A stretch of DNA of 64,000 bases from assembly GCA_963733035.1 (NCBI GenBank), contig CAVTBU010000005.1, forward strand, positions 64,001 to 128,000, in the 5' to 3' direction. Of the stretch, positions 51,192 to 59,240 are shown in pieces (within the stretch, counting starts at the first letter, position 1; each line of letters opens with the position of its first letter). The notes beneath the pieces were generated by a model, which was not told the origin of the DNA, searched no databases, and saw only the letters and a program-made list of their open reading frames with translations. The position numbers and the translations under genes are program-made. This stretch comes from Pirellulales bacterium (GTDB lineage: Bacteria; Planctomycetota; Planctomycetia; Pirellulales; PALSA-1355).

Positions 51192-51442
51192 TCGTTCTCC
51201 TCGATGGATTGGTTATGGGGGTTGATAGACTTCGCTGGACTTCGTAATTGTCTAGGGGCAATCTTCGTCCAGCCTGACACGCTCTTTTGCTGCCGCAGAT
51301 TGCTGCTCCAGCGCCGCGAGAATCCGCCACGCTTAATTCTCGTCGAGCACCCAGGCAATTACCTCACCGTTTGAGTCGAGCACCTCGTAGCCGTCGCCAG
51401 TGCTACGCGCGGCGACCTGTAAGAGGTGCGGTAGAATCGAAA

Positions 51443-51733
51443 CTACTCATCACCTTCAAGCAGATTCAACGATTCACGAATCTCTTGCATTTGCAGCGCC
51501 AAGAAGACGGCACACGCCAATACCTGTTCGGTTTCGCTCGCGAAATGGGTATTGTCCCAAACCGTTTTCCCCGTCGCGGTCCAGCGAGGTTTGCCATCCG
51601 GCCCGATCTTGACCTTGCCGTGTCTTACTAGGTCACTAAGGATCTTGTCGATCGCCGCGGCGTCGAGCGAACGATCATGGCAAAAACGCACCGTCGAACT
51701 CAATTCGTAAGAACCTTTCTCGCTCTCAACCAT
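51443..51733 (-). CDS. Small hypothetical protein (winged-helix-like)
   Basis: AAGGA SD; IDKILSDLVRHGKVKIGPDGKPRWTATG. Confidence 0.55.
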   Translation of the reverse strand: MVESEKGSYELSSTVRFCHDRSLDAAAIDKILSDLVRHGKVKIGPDGKPRWTATGKTVWDNTHFASETEQVLACAVFLALQMQEIRESLNLLEGDE

Positions 51734-51824
51734 TTTGTGCTTCCTTTAGATGTGCATGTTTCTGGAGGCATGGTTCCGTGATGGGTGGTGACAAGGCGAA
51801 CGCTCTTGAACTTATTGCTCACCG

Positions 51825-52422
51825 TCAGGCTTCGTCGTCGTGTCCGAAGAACGGAAGAATATGGCTTTCGGCGTCACCTAAACATCCCCGGACAGTGACC
51901 CTCGACTTGTCGGACCACGTGTAGGGATCAGAGGGCGCGTAGAACGCTTGGTTCCACTCGTCCGCGTCCGGATCATCAACGCTGCCGTGCGCACCGCAGC
52001 AGATGCACCTCAGAATCAACCACACTTCTGCCACGCGCTGTCGAGCAGACGACCCATTTGTGGTCGCACTGGCGGATTCGATTCAGATCAGCCGGAGCAA
52101 GGGGTTGGGCAACACAGAGATTTTCACCACCCGGCAAGACTCCGCGGTCTTCATCCGCCTCCGCCTTGAGAACATCGCTTACGGCGACTCTAAGGACTCG
52201 CCCGCCATGCTCAACGACCACTGGAAGACTGTCGCTTGGCTTGAGTCCCAAGTACGACGAGTTGTCGTGGTCGTCGTCATTCAGGTCCAATACGCGGAGC
52301 GGAGAACCTAATTTTAAACGGGACAGATACTGCAGCCGCGGATCGTCTTGGTTTGCTGCCCAGTCTTGACCCTGCGCGAACTGTTTCTTGCTGGGTTCTT
52401 TTTTCTTCGATTTCTTAGCCAT
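51825..52422 (-). pseudogene. Hypothetical protein with C-terminal Cys/His domain; frameshift near 52035
   Basis: ORF 51976-52422 (...QCDHKWVV) joins ORF 51825-52034 (VWLILRCICCG...VDDP...PYTWSDKSRV); AAGGAG SD. Confidence 0.55.
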
Positions 52423-52467
52423 TTGGATCTCCTTAGGTACCTCGTACTTCCGACGTAATGGCGATTG

Positions 52468-52962
52468 CTAGGCACTGGCTCTGAGCCGCAGTCCCGGCAA
52501 GCGGCTCAAGCGTTTCAACTGAATCGGAGTGACTTCCCCGTAAATCAGAAAACACACACCTTTCGTATTTCCAGGCGATCGCAGTTCGCACGGCGGTTCG
52601 AAATTAATACGCCGGTCCGGAACAAAGATCATCTGCGGTGGATCGTCGTGAACGGCGCGGGCCGTCAACGCGTTCATAGGCCAGACGACCACTGCAAGTT
52701 CTGCGTTCGAAGCCGCGGGCAAGAACCTTCCCGCGCCCGAGAACGGTGGGTTGCAGTAGACCCGCTCGCCTTCCCATGACTGCAGGGCCGCATCCTCTTC
52801 CACAGTCCAGTAGCGTTCGAGCAACGCATCCGCTTCGCTCGCGCACGCATCGATCGTAAACAGAAAGATATTGTCGAGAACCTCGAACACTGCTCGGGGT
52901 GTTCTCCAGCATTGACGAGCATCGCTTGGCTGGGTTTCAACAAACATTGAATTCCTTCTCAC
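52468..52962 (-). CDS. Phage-type DNA N6-adenine methyltransferase
   Basis: WRTP..VF..L...F.IDACAS, WEGERVYCNPPFS, RINF. Confidence 0.88.
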   Translation of the reverse strand: MRRNSMFVETQPSDARQCWRTPRAVFEVLDNIFLFTIDACASEADALLERYWTVEEDAALQSWEGERVYCNPPFSGAGRFLPAASNAELAVVVWPMNALTARAVHDDPPQMIFVPDRRINFEPPCELRSPGNTKGVCFLIYGEVTPIQLKRLSRLPGLRLRASA

Positions 52963-53819
52963 TACTGAATGTCAGGTTTCTGGTTCGGTGGTTCCGACTG
53001 CCCGTCTAGCCGTTGTTGTCGCTCCCATTTAGCCCACTCGACGCGCGCTTGCGCGAGTTCGACGTACGGCTTATGGATCTCGAAGCCGAGAAACCGGCGA
53101 TAGTTGAGCAGTGCCATGACCGCCGTTGTGCCCGAGCCCGCCAGCGGGTCGAGCACCAAATCACCTGGGCGGCTGAACGTAATGATCAAATCCTCTGCCA
53201 TTGCCTCGGGCATGACGGCTGGATGGCGATCAAATACGTACTTCGACTTACTCGAATTGTTGAAACCTGCGTTGTAGCGCCAGACGCAGCTCCGACGCCC
53301 GAAGGGCGGCACGACCTTGCCGGTTCTTTTTTGATAGGTCAGGTGCCCTGCCCGATTGCGGACGCTGTGTTGGATACGATCGCCAGCGGTAATGTTTGGT
53401 TTGTCTCGGATGATGTGGACCGTTTTCGGGGTACCCTTGGAGTAGACCATCGCAAATTCGGGCGTCCCTGGATGCCGTTGCGGCGGGCAGCGATGTCCCG
53501 CTCTTTCCATCACGAGCGGCACCACCAAGTCGAAGCCGCTATCTCGCGCCATTTCAAAATGCGTGAATACGCTTTGGGAGCAACGTCCCTGTTGGACTTG
53601 GTCTTGTTCCACCCACACGACGACGCCACCGGGTTCGACAATTCGCTCGAGCTCGTCGAAGACGAGTTCCGAATCGAAACTGTGCCCCCCATAGTTGCGC
53701 ATCTTGCCGTATGCCGGCGACGTCACCACGAGCGAAATGCACTCGTCCGGGAGCCGACGCATCAAGTCAACGCAGTCGCCATGGATAATCTCATCGATCC
53801 AAGGAATCTCACTCGACAT
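52962..53819 (-). CDS. Site-specific DNA methyltransferase, N4/N6 beta class
   Basis: IIHGDC, LVVTSPAY (SPPY variant), HPAVMP, VLDPLAGSGTT, FLGFEI; own GAGGGA SD before ATG 53819. Confidence 0.9.
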   Translation of the reverse strand: MSSEIPWIDEIIHGDCVDLMRRLPDECISLVVTSPAYGKMRNYGGHSFDSELVFDELERIVEPGGVVVWVEQDQVQQGRCSQSVFTHFEMARDSGFDLVVPLVMERAGHRCPPQRHPGTPEFAMVYSKGTPKTVHIIRDKPNITAGDRIQHSVRNRAGHLTYQKRTGKVVPPFGRRSCVWRYNAGFNNSSKSKYVFDRHPAVMPEAMAEDLIITFSRPGDLVLDPLAGSGTTAVMALLNYRRFLGFEIHKPYVELAQARVEWAKWERQQRLDGQSEPPNQKPDIQ

Positions 53820-54497
53820 CAAGTCCCTCGATAACGTTTGCAATTTGCTTTGCAGCCTGCCTTGCCATTTCCAACCAATGCTTCCGCTCCTCGTCGTCTG
53901 GCTCGTTGTCTTGGAGGTTTTCGGCGAGCCATTCCCGCGGCTAACCATCTGCGCAAGACGCATCCCGAAGCTATCTGGATCCTCTTTGGGAGGGGCGGGT
54001 AATGTGGCTTTGGTTTCACCGTTTTTGCTGTTGCGGTCGCGGTTCGCGCTCGTGTCACTTGAGCGATCGGGCTTCTCCGGCTTCTCTTTGCCGGTTGGAA
54101 TGTCAAATCGCTCGTACGCCTGCTGGATCGTCAGTCCCTCGATTTCCGATTCCGACGAAGCGCGTTCGAACAACTGGCGCGCACGACAATCTGTAGCCGC
54201 GCTGACATTCAGCCTTTTTAGAAAAGATGCCCACTCGCCGTGTTTGACTTTCTTCCGCGCGAAGGCGAGTGCTCGCCCAAGGCGGTAGGTATGAACCGCC
54301 AACCGTTTTTCGTAGCTGAACACGGCTTGGTGCTCGTGTGTGATCTCGGTTTCCAGGTCTTCGAGCGACCATGTGTCGTCGGGGACAAATCTTTCAGCGT
54401 GAAACGTTTTCGGTTTCGTCCTTTTTGTTTTCGCAATCATTCCATTTCCGTTTCGAGAAGTGGCATTTGCTAACGGTGCGGGTTTCGCCATGCTCAA
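53809..54497 (-). CDS. DUF3102-like protein; frameshift near 53935 makes it read into the methyltransferase
   Basis: LGRALAFARKKVKHGEWASFLKRLNVSAATDCRARQLF; alternative frame EWLAENLQDNEPDDEERKHWLEMARQ...DVE* ends at 53809. Confidence 0.7.
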
Positions 54498-54586
54498 TTT
54501 CCGTTCACCGAGAGGGGCTCTCCCTGTCAGGGAACGGTTGATCCAATCCTTTTCGGCTAGATCGCTGAGATTGGTTCCGACGGTTG

Positions 54587-55117
54587 CTAACCATCGATTG
54601 CTACCGCCTGACTGACCTTTTGCTCTGCATCGAGTGCCGCGGATTCCTTGATTCGCTCCACGCGGTCTTCGGTCTGCTCAAGCAAGCGATACCGGAAGCC
54701 ACCAAATTCACCGCCAACGTGCCGCTCTCGGCTTTTAGAAATCCATCCAAGGACCACTAGTTCTTGTAGAGCGGCTCCAGCAGTGTTGCGATTGCAGCCA
54801 CACGCACGAGCGAGCGCGCCTACGGTCCAAACTGCCTGCAGCGCAGTTACGCGATCGCCGTGGATTTCCTCGCGTTTCGTCGCCCTTGGCTCTATGGAAG
54901 AGTGCGGTTCGCTCTCCTCGCATTCCGCAGGGCCAGCGACGGCGTGGACTGTCTCGGACCCGCAGGAGTCAACCGTCAAAGAGGCGCGTGGAACGCCGAA
55001 TCTGATGGCGTGCTGGAGCAGAGCGATCAGCACTTGAAAGATTCGAGGCGACGCTAAGTTGAAGCCGGGCGTGCCCGGCTTCGGCAAGTAGCATAGAACA
55101 TTCGACGGCGAGCGCAT
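54587..55117 (-). CDS. Winged-HTH DNA-binding protein (phage/replicon type)
   Basis: TVGALARACGCNRNTAGAALQELVVLGWISKSRERHVGGEFGGFRYRL. Confidence 0.7.
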   Translation of the reverse strand: MRSPSNVLCYLPKPGTPGFNLASPRIFQVLIALLQHAIRFGVPRASLTVDSCGSETVHAVAGPAECEESEPHSSIEPRATKREEIHGDRVTALQAVWTVGALARACGCNRNTAGAALQELVVLGWISKSRERHVGGEFGGFRYRLLEQTEDRVERIKESAALDAEQKVSQAVAIDG

Positions 55118-55118
55118 G

Positions 55119-55156
55119 AAAAAAGACCTCCCATTGCAGTGGTGGGGGAGGTCTTT
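55119..55156 (-). terminator. 11-bp stem-loop plus T tract directly upstream of ATG 55117, containing its SD
   Basis: Minus strand AAAGACCTCCC-N13-GGGAGGTCTTT-TTT-C-ATG. Confidence 0.6.
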
Positions 55157-55910
55157 GTTAGGTCGATATTCAGATATTTAGTCGATATTACGCTTATTGG
55201 CAGTCACGGTCCGAACAAGAAATCAGGACACCGGAGGGCAGGAAAATAATATCGACCTCGCCCGTATCAGATTGTGGTGCCGATGACGTTCGGCGACGTT
55301 GTTGTACCTCAGCGGTTGACCATCGATTCGTTCACTTCGATAGCAATTATATGCCAATTTTTTCGATTGTAAAGTGAACCAAGCGTTTTTCCATCTACCA
55401 TGCACAATTGGCTGTGCACCGCCAACGACAAAACAGTGAGGAGGCATCCTCGCTGCGACTGGCTATGATACGTGAACCAAGCATTGCATCCGACGCGTAG
55501 TGGTGCGCCAATCAAGGCATCTCCATGCGCATGATAGCGTGCGTGGTGATCTGGCGAACCTAACGTCGAGATGTTTAGCGAGCGCCACCACAATTGGAGA
55601 CACTGGCATCCAATCGCGGTCGCGGCGCCTCACGATGAAACGGTCGTGGTCGTCGGATGACGCGACTCCAGTTGTGATCTGTTCCGCCGACCTCGGTGTC
55701 CATTGTGTTACAACGGCAGGACTGGTCACGGCAATCGCCGCGATCTGAAAACAACTTTTCGGAATGTCATCTTTAGCGCGGTAATATTTCTGGCCAGCCA
55801 ATCGACATGCTCATCCGACGTAGCGAGCCCCAACCGACGATGGGCCGCTGAGGAATCAAGTTGTCGTTGGTCGGCGAAGCTCGGGATCCCTATCGGAGAT
55901 AAGTCGACCT

Positions 55911-55976
55911 TGTCAGGTCTTTCTCACGCCAGTGTCAGGTACGGTGTCAGGTATTCGGTGACCGCAGATCCTGACA
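55911..55976. repeat. Clustered TGTCAGG repeats (three direct, one inverted)
   Basis: 55911, 55933, 55945; CCTGACA at 55970. Confidence 0.5.
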
Positions 55977-56401
55977 CGTTCTGTAAGTGACTGAAGCGAC
56001 ACATGTTAAGGAGTCAACGGAAGCGACCTCTCGGAGACCCGCCGCCTCCACTTTTTGGCAGTTTTTCCGCCAGATGACACCGAGTGCTCCTCGGTGTCGT
56101 AACCCCTGTCAGAGCAGGGGTTTTTCGTTCACGCAGTCGCGTGCGATTGCTGCGCGGCCTCTCGGGTCGCTTGTGACGACCACATCCTCGCCCACCTGCG
56201 CTTGCCAAGTATCCCGTTTCGTACGCAGCCCGGCCCAAACTAACTGCAACAACAAAGCGTCGTTTAGACCCCACAGCGCGAGCGAGAGTCGCGCCGTTTT
56301 TCCACCGCAAGTTACTTCGACGCAGTTATCGGCTTTCCAGAACAGCCACTCCTGGACGACGCCGTTTCTGTTGCAAGAGAATCGCAGCCAGGGCTGAGGA
56401 C

Positions 56402-57403
56402 CTACGCCGTCACCCTTTCAGCCTCTTGCCAGCGAACGGCGAGCGTTGCCCACAAGCGCCACACGCTTGGGTCGCGGCGAATCATGCACTCGATCGCGAT
56501 ACCGATCATTAACGCCGCAAGCGAACGTGCCGCGTCGCTTTTCGAATCCATGTCATCGAAGGGCAGCGGGCGTCCAAACTGAACCCGAACTTCGCCGTCG
56601 TCTAGCGGCCATTTCCGGGCGACGGTGACAGGAACCACTGCGGCCCCCGTCCGCAAGGCGAGCGAGACGGCGGCGCTGGCGATCAGGATCGGACCTCCGA
56701 GCAACGTCGACAAGATGCCGGGTGTGCCGGGATAGAGAAAGTCCGCATAGATTGCCACGCACCCACCCGAACTCAATCGCGTCAACATCGGTCGTAAGGC
56801 GGCGGCAGTCGTTGGCAGCAGTTCCACGCGATCTCGCAATCCGTCCAACAACAGTGAGCTGTGTGGTGCGCTGCGATCGCCCAGATTGGCCACGGCACTT
56901 AGCCCTAGCCGTTTCCACGCGCCGTGCATAAAGCCGAACCCGGGGTGACTTTGATGCACCGACAGGGCAATAACGCCGCGCCCGCGGTCGAGCGCCTTGC
57001 GCAAATGCGTTTCGCCAGCAACCGTCACGTTGTCCCACGGATGGCCGTCCCTGGCGTATCGAAAATCCACGACATCCGACAAGTTTACAAACAGCGATTG
57101 CGTATGACGTCGCAGTATCTCGGCCAATTCGGCATCCGACCAGACGTGGTCCAGGCCTTGCGTGTTCGCGCGTAAGAACGACGCATATCCTCCGCAATCG
57201 CTATCGAAAGCGGCGGCTCCCAACTCGGCCAGCCAGGCGCGACGCTCCACGGCCGGCATCGCGCGACTCGCCGCGAGCCAATCCTCGTCGACGAGCCAAT
57301 TCCACAACAGCCGAGGCAGCGCATTCATGGCGTCCGCCGAACTGAGATTGGCAAGATCGCACCGCACGCGCCGGTCGACCCGCTCACTCGTGCCGTTCTG
57401 CAT
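56402..57403 (-). CDS. Lysophospholipid/lipid A acyltransferase (LpxL/HtrB) family protein
   Basis: VAGETHLRKALDRGRGVIALSVH, RPMLTRLSSGGCVAIYAD, LALRTGAAVVPV, IRRDPSVWRLW; overlaps the rSAM stop by 20 bp. Confidence 0.8.
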   Translation of the reverse strand: MQNGTSERVDRRVRCDLANLSSADAMNALPRLLWNWLVDEDWLAASRAMPAVERRAWLAELGAAAFDSDCGGYASFLRANTQGLDHVWSDAELAEILRRHTQSLFVNLSDVVDFRYARDGHPWDNVTVAGETHLRKALDRGRGVIALSVHQSHPGFGFMHGAWKRLGLSAVANLGDRSAPHSSLLLDGLRDRVELLPTTAAALRPMLTRLSSGGCVAIYADFLYPGTPGILSTLLGGPILIASAAVSLALRTGAAVVPVTVARKWPLDDGEVRVQFGRPLPFDDMDSKSDAARSLAALMIGIAIECMIRRDPSVWRLWATLAVRWQEAERVTA

Positions 57404-58796
57404 ATCGTATTAGCCGATCTGACGCCGCGAGGCGGCGGAAAATTTCCGGAAATAACGCCAGCGAAAGCGAGCATGTCACCGGGTCAACACTATCCAGGCT
57501 CGCGCGTGCCAGGCATGTTCCACCGCAGAAGACACGCCAATCGCAATCGCGACATTGTGTCAGCGAGTCCGCGCTACGAGCCCGGATGGAGGCCGCCCGG
57601 TCCGACGAAAGGCTCGCCGCCAAACCACCGGCGCGGATGTGTCCCAGATCCAACGTGCGATCCTTGATGCAATCGCACGACCTCACTGTCCCGTCGGCGG
57701 CCACCGAAACCAGATCGGCGGCGGCTCCACAGCCGTTGCGCAAACAAAAGCTTTCGCGCCGGTACGACAATACGTTGCGCAAATAGCGTAGCACCGGGCG
57801 AACGGCCAAGTCGTCGAACTCGCCCTGTTCCACGGCATCCAGTAACTTCAGATGCGCGGCGATCAACTCGTTGTCGTCCGGTGCGTAATCTTCGGGCCCT
57901 GTGGCCCCTCGCCCGCCCGCGTCAAACATCGTGGCGTCCCATTGGCGCACACCAAGGTCGCGCACATAGTGGGCAACGTCGATCAGGTGCTCGACATTTG
58001 CTCGCGTGATGGTCGTCAGAACGCCGATTTTCGGAACCAGCTCCGGAAAATCACGTAGGGCCTGTTCGATTGACTCGTGACTTCCTTGGCCGGCGTGATC
58101 GACCCGCCATCGATCATTCAACTCGGCCGGTCCGTCGAGCGATATCCCAACGCCAATCTTCTCCCGGAGAAGGAAGTCGACCGTCTCGCGCGTAAATCGC
58201 GTACCGTTTGTTTGCAAGCTGAAACCAACGGTCTTGCCGCGCTGGGCCGCGGCACGGCGTGCGTATTCCGTCAGATGCACCAGTTCCGGGAACGCTAGCA
58301 GAGGTTCGCCGCCGTGGTACAAGAGCGTCAATTGCTCGCCGGCCAAATCAAGCGCCTCATCGATCGCCCGCTCGGCGACCTCAATGGGAAGCTTGTGGTG
58401 ATACGTGTCTGGGTCGAAGTCATAACAATAGGCGCAAGCCAGATTGCAGTACCCAACCAGTTTCAACAACAGCGTCTGGAGCGGGCCGCCCGTATGCACG
58501 AAGCGCGCTTCGGTAAACGCCGTGCGTCCGTCGCGCTCCAGCAACCCACTTTCGAACAGTCTGCCCAGCAAAGGTTCGTGGGCGGGCTGGCGGTCGTCCA
58601 TCAGCCCAAGTTCAACCGCCTGCACCAATCCGATAAACTCCGGCATTTTCTCCTGCGGAAGAATTGCCCACGACCCACTGGGAGGGTGTAGCAACAAAAC
58701 CTGGCCGCCGGGAATCGCGCGACGACGTATCGGGCGAACAAATCGCCAGCGCGCCTTCCGCGCCAAGGACTCCCACGGTACAAACGCGACAGCCAT
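57384..58796 (-). CDS. Radical SAM/SPASM-domain protein (anSME/peptide-maturase clade) with RRE-like N-terminal extension
   Basis: CNLACAYC, YHGGEPLL, LQTNGT, GISLDGP..LND.WR; SPASM CLRNGCGA...GTVRSCDC...CRDCDWRVFCGGTC...C; ~100 aa N-terminal domain. Confidence 0.92.
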   Translation of the reverse strand: MAVAFVPWESLARKARWRFVRPIRRRAIPGGQVLLLHPPSGSWAILPQEKMPEFIGLVQAVELGLMDDRQPAHEPLLGRLFESGLLERDGRTAFTEARFVHTGGPLQTLLLKLVGYCNLACAYCYDFDPDTYHHKLPIEVAERAIDEALDLAGEQLTLLYHGGEPLLAFPELVHLTEYARRAAAQRGKTVGFSLQTNGTRFTRETVDFLLREKIGVGISLDGPAELNDRWRVDHAGQGSHESIEQALRDFPELVPKIGVLTTITRANVEHLIDVAHYVRDLGVRQWDATMFDAGGRGATGPEDYAPDDNELIAAHLKLLDAVEQGEFDDLAVRPVLRYLRNVLSYRRESFCLRNGCGAAADLVSVAADGTVRSCDCIKDRTLDLGHIRAGGLAASLSSDRAASIRARSADSLTQCRDCDWRVFCGGTCLARASLDSVDPVTCSLSLALFPEIFRRLAASDRLIRYAERHE

Positions 58797-58798
58797 GG

Positions 58799-59089
58799 TC
58801 AGCCCTCGCACAGCTTCCAATAGCCCGCCTTGCGGGACAGATCGCTGTCTTTCTTCTTCAGCTTATTGATGTCCGCTGCTTTCAGCGTGCCCTGCGTGAA
58901 CACCACATGGGTCATGTCGTACTCACCGTCGTGTCCAAACACAGCGCGCACCGTGTCGTCGAGGAACTTCTGGTCGGTTGCCTTGACCGCCATCACCCGG
59001 TTGTAGAGGTCACTGGGCAATTTAATCTCGATCGTGGATTCAACCTTCGGTTGGGAGGATCGTTTTGGCGATTTCTTCTTTTTCCCCAT
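58799..59089 (-). CDS. Putative RiPP precursor peptide (96 aa; C-terminus RKAGYWKLCEG)
   Basis: Short ORF whose stop is 2 bp before the rSAM ATG; AAGGGA SD; its only Trp and Cys lie in the last 6 residues. Confidence 0.6.
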   Translation of the reverse strand: MGKKKKSPKRSSQPKVESTIEIKLPSDLYNRVMAVKATDQKFLDDTVRAVFGHDGEYDMTHVVFTQGTLKAADINKLKKKDSDLSRKAGYWKLCEG

Positions 59090-59135
59090 TGCGGGCATCC
59101 CTTTCATAGACAAAACCATCGGGAGTGGTAGGACA

Positions 59136-59191
59136 ACGGGCCCCTCTGCAAGGGCCCGCTAAGTGTGGGGTAGCAACCAGCCCGATGTCAA
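59136..59191 (-). promoter_or_regulatory. Sigma70-like promoter TTGACA-N18-CACACT followed by GC hairpin CGGGCCC-N8-GGGCCCG
   Basis: -35 at 59191-59186, -10 at 59167-59162; hairpin at ~59137-59158. Confidence 0.5.
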
Positions 59192-59240
59192 GCAATTTCT
59201 TTTGAGGCCGCTGCTCGCGGGAAGCAACTCGGCTGCGTGC

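Noticed and set aside
52962..54497. Apparent 511-aa DUF3102-methyltransferase fusion
   Set aside because: The linker is low-complexity in the fused frame, while another frame gives a protein-like acidic helix ending at 53809, and the MTase has its own SD and ATG at 53819; most likely a frameshift artefact
55223..55801. Minus-strand ORFs 55463-55801 and 55309-55593
   Set aside because: No SD or motif support; may be an eroded gene but cannot be assigned
57384..58796. Plain anaerobic sulfatase maturase annotation
   Set aside because: No sulfatase in the window, an extra N-terminal domain and a tightly coupled small ORF favour a peptide maturase; not fully excluded
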